From assembly GCA_934272745.1 (NCBI GenBank), contig CAKQSI010000003.1, positions 21,420 to 85,419 of the forward strand: DNA of 64,000 nucleotides. The letters are read 5' to 3'. The translations under genes were made by a program, and so were the position numbers. The notes beneath the pieces are model-generated. The model had not been told where the DNA came from and made no database searches. It saw nothing but the letters and a program-made list of their open reading frames with translations. Of this stretch, positions 54,620 through 62,398 are shown one piece after another. Position 1 is the stretch's first letter. Each line of letters begins with the position of its first letter. This DNA is from an uncultured Clostridia bacterium (GTDB lineage: Bacteria; Bacillota; Clostridia; Christensenellales; Borkfalkiaceae).

Positions 54620-55924
54620 ATGGCAGGTATGGATATGAAAAATAAAATCAAGGATTTGCTTTTCAGCGTTTCCGGCATCGTGCTGATGAACGTTGTTTTG
54701 CAATTCCTGTTATATCCTTCCATCGAGCGCAAGCTGGGGGCGGAAGCGTACGGCGTTGCGCTGACGCTTCTTGCCGTGATCTCTATCACCAGCAACTCGG
54801 TGGGCAGCGCCGCCAATTATTCCCGTCTGGTCAGCGAAAAAACGCTGCACCCGAAAAACGGCGAGTATACGCTGTTTCTGCTTACCGGGGGGCTGGTTTC
54901 GGTCGCCGTCGGACTGATCGTTTTGTGGAAAGTGGGACTTTTTACGGCGGCAAACGCGATATTTTACGCGTTATTGACCTTCGTTTCCGCTTTCCGGTAT
55001 TATTCGGACGCGGAATTTAAATTAAAAGGCAATACGCTGCGCTATTTTGCTTTTTACTTTTTCATCTCGCTGGGTTACGTTTTAGGACTTGCGGTTGCGA
55101 AATGGACGGGCAACTGGATGACCGGCATCCTGACGGGGGAAGTTTTTGCCGTTTTATATGCGATGATTCGCAGCGGCATTTACAAAAAACCGTTTGTCTG
55201 TTCGCCGAAAGCGAAAGCGGTATGGAAAAGCAACGCGCTTTTGCTTTGTTCTAACCTGTTCGATAATTTAACGCTGAATGCCGACCGCATCGTGCTGTTG
55301 GCGTTTCTGGGCGGGGAAGCTGTTTCGACGTACTACGTCGCGTCGCTGTTCGGCAAAGTGGTGGCTCTTTTAACCGTGCCGGTCAACGCCCTTCTGATCG
55401 GCTATCTGGTGCGGTCGGACGCGGCGCTTACCAAAAAACTGTGGACGATTTTCACCGCCGTTGCGACGGGGATCGGACTTTTGGCGTTCGGCGGCTGTCT
55501 TTTGGGATCGTGGATCATTCTTCCGGTTTTATACAAGAACCTTTCGGCGGCGGCGCTGAAAATTGCCGTTCCCGCCGTGGGAAGCCAGATTTTGTTCTTC
55601 GTATCCGGCGTGCTGCTCATCGTGGTGCTGCGCTACGCGGGGGAGAAAAAACAGTTTTTGCTGAACCTTGTATACGGGGTGGCATTCTTCCTTCTGACCG
55701 TGCTCGGGACGTGGAAAGGCGGACTTTCCGGCTTTTTGTGGGCGTCGGTCGGAGCGAACGCGCTGCGGTATCTTTTGGTCGTCATCTGGGGCTTTTTTGC
55801 CGGACGTCCCGCAAAATCGGGAACAAAAGCGGTGGACGGCGCGGTAATTCCGGACGGTGCGCCGACAGAAACCTTAGGCGGGGAACCGGCGCAAACTCCG
55901 GGCGGAGAGCCGGCGGAAAATTGA
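54620..55924 (+). CDS. Wzx/MOP-type oligosaccharide flippase candidate
   Basis: About 12-14 hydrophobic segments. The N-terminus KNKIKDLLFSVSGIVLMNVVLQFLLYPSIERKLGAEAYG is typical of polysaccharide biosynthesis (flippase) proteins. I prefer ATG 54620 (GAAAGGAG RBS). The C-terminal GGEPAQTPGGEPAEN comes from a DNA tandem repeat. Confidence 0.55.
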   Translation: MAGMDMKNKIKDLLFSVSGIVLMNVVLQFLLYPSIERKLGAEAYGVALTLLAVISITSNSVGSAANYSRLVSEKTLHPKNGEYTLFLLTGGLVSVAVGLIVLWKVGLFTAANAIFYALLTFVSAFRYYSDAEFKLKGNTLRYFAFYFFISLGYVLGLAVAKWTGNWMTGILTGEVFAVLYAMIRSGIYKKPFVCSPKAKAVWKSNALLLCSNLFDNLTLNADRIVLLAFLGGEAVSTYYVASLFGKVVALLTVPVNALLIGYLVRSDAALTKKLWTIFTAVATGIGLLAFGGCLLGSWIILPVLYKNLSAAALKIAVPAVGSQILFFVSGVLLIVVLRYAGEKKQFLLNLVYGVAFFLLTVLGTWKGGLSGFLWASVGANALRYLLVVIWGFFAGRPAKSGTKAVDGAVIPDGAPTETLGGEPAQTPGGEPAEN

Positions 55925-55968
55925 GGAAGATCGCACAAAATGCGGGCGGAGAACCGGCGGAAATTCCG
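55877..55968. repeat. Degenerate repeat running across the flippase stop codon
   Basis: GGCGGGGAACCGGCGCAAA (55877), GGCGGAGAGCCGGCGGAAAA (55901, followed by the TGA stop) and GGCGGAGAACCGGCGGAAA (55945, after the stop). Confidence 0.85.
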
Positions 55969-56180
55969 AACGGGGAGAAAGCAGAAAATCAAGGAGCGCC
56001 GACAACAAGCCCTAAGAAAGACGGCGGATTTTTGCGCAAAGGCGCGCAGGCGCTTGTTCGGTTTTAACGGGGCAAGCCGGCAGAATTCCGGATAAATAAT
56101 CAAACTTCAGGATAAATAACAACAATAACAACGAAAATAGCGGGCGGCCTGCGGGTCGCCTTTTTGCATACCGGAAGAAT

Positions 56181-56347
56181 TTTTCGCCATCACCCGGCGA
56201 CCGGACAGTCGCAACGGGATTTTTCGCCATCACCCGGCGACCGGACAGCCGCAGCGAAATTTTTCGCCATCACCCGGCGACCGGACGGCCGCAGCGAAAT
56301 TTTTCGCCATCACCCGGCGACCGGACAGCCGCAGCGAAATTTTTCGC
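56181..56347. repeat. Tandem repeat, 4.2 x 40 bp
   Basis: TTTTCGCCATCACCCGGCGACCGGACAGCCGCAGCGAAAT at 56181, 56221, 56261 and 56301, with a partial copy at 56341. Confidence 0.97.
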
Positions 56348-56470
56348 AAGGGTGGCGATTGTTCTTTACGAACGACGGAATTTCGGCATTTAAGATGATG
56401 TAACTGGCAGAAAAACTGCAACTCCTCACGAAAAGACGAAGATTTCGGGCGACTTTTTATAGAAAAGGGG

Positions 56471-56499
56471 TTGCCAAACGGCGTGAGATGGAGTACAAT
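56471..56499 (+). promoter_or_regulatory. Sigma-A-type promoter about 400 nt upstream of the PMT-family gene
   Basis: TTGCCA (56471-56476), 17-nt spacer, TACAAT (56494-56499). Confidence 0.5.
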
Positions 56500-56739
56500 A
56501 GTTCCGTATCTCCCTATCTATATTATAGAGCGCGAAGCCGGACGAGTCGCTTTCGGGTGCCGGCAAGGAAAAATCCCGGATCTTCGTATGGCTCCGGAAG
56601 GCAGAAGACAACCGGTGCCGAAAGCGTTGCCGGCAGGAGAAACCTCCGGGCTGCACGAATACGCCGGAACTTTTGTCGTGATTGCAACCGATGAACGGTT
56701 TCAGGTCTTCGCGCGGGAAATCTGCGGGGCAAAAGACTC

Positions 56740-56763
56740 GTAGGGGCGACCAGTGCTCGCCCG
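56740..56763. repeat. Third copy of the GTAGGGGCGA...TCGCCCG REP-like hairpin
   Basis: GTAGGGGCGACCAGTGCTCGCCCG. A related GTGGGCGATCGCTCGCCCG lies at 2632-2650. Confidence 0.7.
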
Positions 56764-56903
56764 CGAAGTTTTCGCGAGGTAAATAACCGCGAGGCAAAAG
56801 CCCAAGTCGTTGCCGGGCATTCCGGCGCGCAGGCGACTCGGGGGATATCAAAACCAAAAACGGGGCGTTTGCAGTCAGCAAAACCCCGGAAAAAGAGGTA
56901 ACT

Positions 56904-59108
56904 ATGGCAGAAACGAACAAACACCAGGAAACGAAAGCAAAGGGGACTTTCGGCAAAAGACTGAAAACCGACTTTTCCGCCAACTGGCAGCGGTACTGTC
57001 TGGCGGCGATCGTCGTTGCGTTTTCGCTTTTCATGCTGATCGGCATCGGCAATTTTTCCATGCCGGACAGTTACTATCAGTTCCGGAAAAAGTACGATGA
57101 AAGCGGGGCGCAGATCGATAACGAAGTCGTCCTTCGTTTAAACTACAATCTGGACGCTTCCGGCAATCCCGTCATGCTGGACAACGTGTGGGTGTATTTC
57201 GGTTCTTCCAACATGAAGGGAAGCGCCGTCGCACAGATGAAATTCTCCTACGGACTTTCCGCCACCACATCCAACTGGCTGAGCGCCGAAATGGGAACGA
57301 TCAAGACCAAGGATTCCTGGGGGGCGAAAGACTCCTCTGCGAACGACGGCGATCCCGATTATAAAAAGACCATTTACCGCATGTATAAATGGACGCAACT
57401 TTTCGGCGATCTCGATCTGCCCAACAAAAGTTACCAGTTTATCCGGATTACCACCAAGAACCCGGTGTATATTCACGAACTGGTTTTCCGCGACAAGAAC
57501 GACGATCTGATGCAGGTGGAAGTGGTTTCGGGCGACGCGTCCGCCGCCAAGATGTTTGACGAACAGGACAAATTCACCACCGTCAACACCCGCTTCAACA
57601 GCATTATTTTCGACGAATATTACTTTGCGCGGACGGCGTTCGACTTCCTCCGCGGCGACGCCTGCTATCAGGAATCTTCACACCCCCCGCTCGGAAAAAT
57701 CATTCTGGCGGCGGGCATCGGCATTTTCGGTATGAACACGTTCGGCATGCGCGTTATGCCGGCGCTGTTCTCCATCGCGACCATTTTCGTCATCTACGCC
57801 ATCGGCAAGCGCCTGTTCGGGAAAAATAATCGCAGCATGGGCGTGCTGTTCGCGCTGTTGTTCGCCATCTCGGGTATCAATATTTCGCTGGGAAGAATCG
57901 GCACGACCGACGCGTTTCTGACCTTCTTCGTCGCGCTGTCTTACTACTATATGCTGATCTTTCTGCAAAACGGAATCGACCGCAACCACCGGCTGCTTTC
58001 CTTCGTTCCGCTGCTGCTTTCGGGAATCTTCTTCGGGTTCGGCGCCGCGGTCAAATGGTCGGGTATCACGGCGGGTATCGGACTGTTTTTGCTGTTTGCC
58101 TGCTTCTTCTTCGTCAGATTGTTTGCCGGGATCGGCAAAGTCAAGCGCCTTTCTTCCGGCATGGCGAAGGAAGAAAAAGTCACCTTCCTGACCCGCGTGA
58201 AAGCGCTTTGGGGCGCGAAGGAAGAGGAGGCGCCTGCGCTTTCCGGTCTTTCGGCTGAGGAAACGGCAAGAACGAGCGACCCCGATCCCGAAGCCGCGGG
58301 AAAAGCCGTCGCCAAAAAGGAACAAAAGGCTTTGACCTGCGATCTGCTGCTTTCGGTTCTGTTTGCGGGGGTCGGTTTTCTGGTCTTTGCGTTTATTATT
58401 TATCTCCTTTCGTACCTCGTCGCGGGCAATTCTTACTGCGCGCTGTACGAAACGAACAGCCCCTTAAAAGCCTTCTTGGAGAACCAGAAATATATCTGGA
58501 GTTTCCACACTTCCAACTTCGGGACGGACGACAACTCTTCCCCCTGGTGGGGCTGGCCCATCGGCTATAAGGCGGCGTGCTTCTATACCGAATATACCAA
58601 CCCGAAAATGCACGTCCGCATTCTTTGCAACGCGACGCTGTTGCTGTACCTCTTCACGTTCGTGTCGTTTTTGTATCTGACGCTGGAAGTGGCGACCACG
58701 GTGTTCAATAAAAACGCGGGCGAAGCGGATATTTCTTACGTCAAGCGCGTTTTGCGCCCGTACGTTTATCTTCTGATCGCCTTTCTCGGCTGCTATCTGC
58801 CGTGGGCGTTCGTCAAACGCCCGATGTACACGTATACCTTCCTGCCGCCCAGCATTTTCTACGTGGGATTTTTAGTATTGTTCCTGTATGCGGCGCTGAA
58901 CGAGTGGAAACGCTTCGGGAAAAAGATCCTGATCGGCGTGCTGATCGTCTGCGGACTGAACTTTATCACGTCGTACCCCTCGTACGCGGGCGTTCCGCTG
59001 CCCAAACTGATGGCGCTGATTTTCTACGGCTGGACGAACCTCAATCCGGGGACGTTTTTGCGGCCGAACATGGGGGCGTTGCGCTTCCTTTCCGGTATTT
59101 TCCGCTAA
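56904..59108 (+). CDS. PMT-family (GT39/PMT_2-like, GT-C) phospholipid-carrier-dependent glycosyltransferase with an extra N-terminal domain
   Basis: YFARTAFDFLRGDACYQESSHPPLGKIILAAGIGIFG is the PMT loop-1 motif, starting near residue 235. Upstream of it are a TM segment and a non-hydrophobic domain of about 170 aa. Many TM segments lie downstream. Confidence 0.75.
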   Translation: MAETNKHQETKAKGTFGKRLKTDFSANWQRYCLAAIVVAFSLFMLIGIGNFSMPDSYYQFRKKYDESGAQIDNEVVLRLNYNLDASGNPVMLDNVWVYFGSSNMKGSAVAQMKFSYGLSATTSNWLSAEMGTIKTKDSWGAKDSSANDGDPDYKKTIYRMYKWTQLFGDLDLPNKSYQFIRITTKNPVYIHELVFRDKNDDLMQVEVVSGDASAAKMFDEQDKFTTVNTRFNSIIFDEYYFARTAFDFLRGDACYQESSHPPLGKIILAAGIGIFGMNTFGMRVMPALFSIATIFVIYAIGKRLFGKNNRSMGVLFALLFAISGINISLGRIGTTDAFLTFFVALSYYYMLIFLQNGIDRNHRLLSFVPLLLSGIFFGFGAAVKWSGITAGIGLFLLFACFFFVRLFAGIGKVKRLSSGMAKEEKVTFLTRVKALWGAKEEEAPALSGLSAEETARTSDPDPEAAGKAVAKKEQKALTCDLLLSVLFAGVGFLVFAFIIYLLSYLVAGNSYCALYETNSPLKAFLENQKYIWSFHTSNFGTDDNSSPWWGWPIGYKAACFYTEYTNPKMHVRILCNATLLLYLFTFVSFLYLTLEVATTVFNKNAGEADISYVKRVLRPYVYLLIAFLGCYLPWAFVKRPMYTYTFLPPSIFYVGFLVLFLYAALNEWKRFGKKILIGVLIVCGLNFITSYPSYAGVPLPKLMALIFYGWTNLNPGTFLRPNMGALRFLSGIFR

Positions 59109-59231
59109 AGAAGGCGGGAGGATCGCGGGATCCGGGAGGGGGAAAGAAGCCGGCTTGCTTTCCGGCGGGGAAATCCTGCCCCGGAAAAGAGCGGGGAAAC
59201 TATCCGCTTGCCGCAAGGCGTTCGCCCGGCA

Positions 59232-59287
59232 GGGAAACCTTCCGGCTTGCCGGACGAAGGGGAAACCTTCCGGCTTGCCGGACGAAA
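59232..59287. repeat. Tandem repeat, 2 x 28 bp
   Basis: GGGAAACCTTCCGGCTTGCCGGACGAA(G/A) at 59232 and 59260. A degenerate copy lies upstream near 59140. Confidence 0.95.
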
Positions 59288-59347
59288 AGGAGAACGCCTG
59301 TTGCCCCGGAAATCGGGTTTTCACAGACAAGAAGAAAAAGGAGAACT

Positions 59348-60871
59348 ATGCTTGCAAAAGTTTTGAGTTTTGCCCTCGTCGGGCTGGAAGGAAAGCCCAT
59401 CGAGGCGGAAACCGACATCGCCAAAGGCTTGCCCGCCTACCTTGTGGTGGGCTTGCCCGACGCCGCGGTGAAGGAGTCCAAGGAACGCATCCACGCGGCG
59501 ATCAAAAACGCGGGATACCTGTTTCCCAACAATCGTCTGACCGTCAATCTGGCGCCCGCCGATTTGAAAAAGGAAGGGTCGGGGCTGGATCTGCCCATTG
59601 CGATCTGCATTTTAAAAGCCAGCGGGCAAATCCCGTCCAAGGGATTTGAAGACGTCGTCTTTTTCGGCGAACTGGCTTTGGACGGCACGCTTCGCCCGGT
59701 GCGCGGCGTTCTGCCGCTGCTGATTTCGGCAAGGAATCTGGGCTATACCCGGTTTATGGTTCCTTACGCCAACCGAAAAGAGGCGTCGTACATTTCGGGC
59801 ATCGAAGTGTACGCGCCGCAGACCCTTGCGGAAGCGGTGGAGTTTTTGCGCGGAGAGAGTCAACTTTCGCCCGTGCCGCATACCGAATACGCGGCGGGCG
59901 GGACGGAAAATCCCTATTCTGCCGACCTGAAATACGTCAAAGGGCAACTGGCGGCGCGCCGCGCGGTAGAAGTCGCGGTTTCGGGCGGGCATAATTTGCT
60001 GCTGGTGGGCCCTCCCGGCGCGGGAAAGACCATGCTTGCCAAGTGTATCCCCACCATTATGCCCGACATGCCCTTTGAAGAGGCGCTGGAAGTCACCAAG
60101 ATTCATTCGGTGGCGGGGCAGCTGGACGAAGACGGCATTGCCCGGCGCAGACCTTTCCGCACGCCGCATCATACGGCGACCACCGTTTCGTTGACCGGCG
60201 GCGGTTCCAACTGCAGACCGGGGGAAATCTCCCTCGCGCACGGCGGAGTGCTGTTTTTAGACGAACTGCCCGAATACAACCGTTCCACGCTGGAAGCGCT
60301 CCGGCAACCGCTGGAAGACCGCGTTATCACCGTGGCGCGCGCCGCAAATACCGTGACCTATCCCGCCAATTTTATGCTGGTCGCCAGCATGAACCCCTGT
60401 CCCTGCGGCAATTACGGCAGCAGGGAAAACGTCTGTACTTGCTCGGCTTCCGCGATCGCGAAATACCGGGCGAAAGTTTCGGGACCGTTGCTCGACCGGA
60501 TCGACCTCCAGTTGGTGGTGGACGCCGTCAAATACAGCGAACTGTCTTCTTCCGCCGAGGGGGAATCCAGCGAATCGGTCAAACGCCGTGTCAACGCCGC
60601 GCGCGAAATTCAGCGCAAACGGTTTGCAAACGACGGTATTTTTACCAATTCCGAAATGGGAGAAAAGCATCTGAAAAAGTACTGCGTTCTCTCGCCGGAA
60701 TGCGAAGAAGTGTTAAAGCGCGCGTTTATCCAGTTGCACCTTTCCGCCCGTGCGCGGAGCAGAATATTAAAAGTCGCACGGACGATTGCAGACCTCGCGG
60801 GGGAAGAAAACATTACCCGCGCGCATTTGTTGGAAGCGGTCGGGTACCGCGCCGTTTCGGACAGGGATTGA
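59348..60871 (+). CDS. comM: YifB/ComM family Mg-chelatase-like ATPase
   Basis: MLAKVLSFALVGLEGKPIEAETDI, GLPDAAVKESKERI, Walker A GPPGAGKTM, GVLFLDELPE, and a C-terminal Mg-chelatase domain. The real start is ATG 59348 (AAAGGAGAA RBS). The long ORF from 58802 is only an open upstream frame. Confidence 0.92.
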   Translation: MLAKVLSFALVGLEGKPIEAETDIAKGLPAYLVVGLPDAAVKESKERIHAAIKNAGYLFPNNRLTVNLAPADLKKEGSGLDLPIAICILKASGQIPSKGFEDVVFFGELALDGTLRPVRGVLPLLISARNLGYTRFMVPYANRKEASYISGIEVYAPQTLAEAVEFLRGESQLSPVPHTEYAAGGTENPYSADLKYVKGQLAARRAVEVAVSGGHNLLLVGPPGAGKTMLAKCIPTIMPDMPFEEALEVTKIHSVAGQLDEDGIARRRPFRTPHHTATTVSLTGGGSNCRPGEISLAHGGVLFLDELPEYNRSTLEALRQPLEDRVITVARAANTVTYPANFMLVASMNPCPCGNYGSRENVCTCSASAIAKYRAKVSGPLLDRIDLQLVVDAVKYSELSSSAEGESSESVKRRVNAAREIQRKRFANDGIFTNSEMGEKHLKKYCVLSPECEEVLKRAFIQLHLSARARSRILKVARTIADLAGEENITRAHLLEAVGYRAVSDRD

Positions 60872-60947
60872 AGCAGTTGAATGCGGCGCCGTTTCGGACA
60901 GGGATTAAAAGCCCGAGGCTTTCCTTTCAGCATTCGGCGGAATAAAA

Positions 60948-61195
60948 GCCTTAGTTCCGCAAGGCGGAAAACGAACGCCGCAGCCTTCCGCAGGGCGCAA
61001 AATTAAAGCGCAGCCTTACAGGCGCGAGTTTATTCGGCAAAATAAACGCAGCCTTCCGCAAGGCGTGAGTTCATTCGGCAAAATAAACGCCGCCTTCCGC
61101 AAGGCGTGAGTTTATTCGGCAAAATAAACGCAGCCTTCCGCAAGGCGTGAGTTCATTCGGCAAAATAAACGTCGCCTTCCGCAGGGCGAAAATCA
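60948..61195. repeat. Tandem repeat, about 6 units of 30-41 bp, between comM and dprA
   Basis: Units starting GCCTT... at 60948, 60983, 61013, 61051, 61092, 61133 and 61174. The three central units are 41 bp: GCCTTCCGCAAGGCGTGAGTT(C/T)ATTCGGCAAAATAAACG... Confidence 0.95.
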
Positions 61196-61233
61196 CGAAA
61201 AATCTACGTTCGACAAAATAAGAGGAATTCGGC

Positions 61234-62316
61234 ATGAAAAATTTTTCCAAAGAGGCGCAGCGGGCGGTCATTTATCTTGACAGTTTCCCCAAATTGGATT
61301 ATAAATATAAAACCGCGATCCTCGACGACGTGGGCGATATCGAAAAGTTGTACGAAGCGCTGCCTTCCTACCGTTCGCTTCTCGTAAAAGCCATGGGCGA
61401 GGGCGCGGACGAACTGTTGCGCGGAGCAAACAAAGAGGGGGAAGAGCGCGTGCTTTCCCGCCTGAAAGAAAAGGGCATTATGCCCGTCACGCGCGGAAAC
61501 AAATATTATCCGGAAGCGCTGGAAGCGTCCGCCGCGCCTCCGTGGGTGCTGTACACCAAAGGCAATCTGGAACTACTGAAGGGGCGCAAATTCGCCGTCG
61601 TCGGCAGCAGAAAAACGCCGCAGGCGGAACAGAAGATCGCCGAGGAGTTTTCGGCGGCGATCGCCGACCGCATGACCGTCGTCACCGGGCTTGCCGAAGG
61701 GGCGGACAGTGCGGCGCTCCGCGGCGCGCTGAAAAAGAAAAACGTCATTTCCGTACTTGCGTACGGGTTCGACCACGTATATCCCGAACAAAACCGCGGA
61801 CTGTTGCAGGAAGCGGAAAAAAACGGCTTGGTCGTGACCGAATACCCGCCCGAAGTGCCGGCGTTCAAATCGCAGTTTCCCGTCCGGAACCGCATTATCG
61901 CGGGACTTTCGGAGGGGGTTCTGATCGTTTCCGCAAGGGAAAAGAGCGGCGCGCTTTACACCGCGTCTTACGCCGCAACCTACGGCAGAGACGTGTTTGC
62001 CTTTCCCTATCGCATCGGGGAGGCGGCTGGCAAGGGCTGCAACGCGCTCATCAAACAAGGCGCCGCCCTGTGCGACAAGCCGGAAGACGTCCTTTCCTCC
62101 TACGGTTTTACGGTGGAAGAAGCCGCGCCCGACCTCCCTTTAAGTCCGGAAGAAGCAAGCGTGCTTGCCCTGCTTCGGGAAGAGGAATCGACCGCGGACG
62201 TCCTTTCCGAAAAGGCGGGAATCCCCGTGTTTCTGGTACTGCCGGCGCTTTCGTCGCTGGAAATTTCCGGTTATATCGCAAAATCGGGCGCGGATACTTA
62301 TCGCGCTTTGAAATAA
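61234..62316 (+). CDS. dprA: DNA processing protein DprA (Smf)
   Basis: VVGSRKTP, VVTGLAEGADSAALRGAL, FPVRNRIIAGLSEGVLIVSAREKSGALYTA. It holds the conserved position upstream of topA. Confidence 0.92.
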   Translation: MKNFSKEAQRAVIYLDSFPKLDYKYKTAILDDVGDIEKLYEALPSYRSLLVKAMGEGADELLRGANKEGEERVLSRLKEKGIMPVTRGNKYYPEALEASAAPPWVLYTKGNLELLKGRKFAVVGSRKTPQAEQKIAEEFSAAIADRMTVVTGLAEGADSAALRGALKKKNVISVLAYGFDHVYPEQNRGLLQEAEKNGLVVTEYPPEVPAFKSQFPVRNRIIAGLSEGVLIVSAREKSGALYTASYAATYGRDVFAFPYRIGEAAGKGCNALIKQGAALCDKPEDVLSSYGFTVEEAAPDLPLSPEEASVLALLREEESTADVLSEKAGIPVFLVLPALSSLEISGYIAKSGADTYRALK

Positions 62317-62398
62317 AGGCAGGCACGTTCTGCCAAAAAAACGTTTCTTTTATATTTTACGCCCGGGGGAATCTCCGGGGCGCCAAGAGGAGTAGTTT

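Noticed and set aside
56181-56347. Possible CRISPR array. The same question applies to the arrays at 60948-61195, 46525-46809 and 2895-3024.
   Set aside because: The units are contiguous head-to-tail copies with no unique spacers between them. No cas genes or leader are present in the window. These are plain tandem repeats.
56500-56740. SRP RNA or RNase P RNA in the long gap before the PMT gene, prompted by CCGGAAGGCAG and AGGAAAAATCCCGG strings
   Set aside because: The flanks of the CCGGAAGG segment do not pair as SRP domain IV requires. The universal RNase P GAGGAAAGTCC and ACAGAA...GGCTTA motifs are absent.
56426-57061. 211-aa minus-strand ORF spanning the PMT start region, and the 90-aa plus-strand ORF at 56471-56743
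   Set aside because: The minus-strand ORF overlaps the PMT start and its RBS, has no RBS of its own and shows no family resemblance. The plus-strand ORF starts inside the predicted -35 box and lacks an RBS. I treat the region as an untranslated leader.
58802-59347. N-terminal extension of the comM ORF, which would give a 689-aa protein
   Set aside because: The extension overlaps the 3' end of the PMT gene and runs through the 28-bp tandem repeats. Its composition is R/G/P-rich. A canonical ComM N-terminus (MLAKVLSFALVGLEG) with an AAAGGAGAA RBS starts at 59348.
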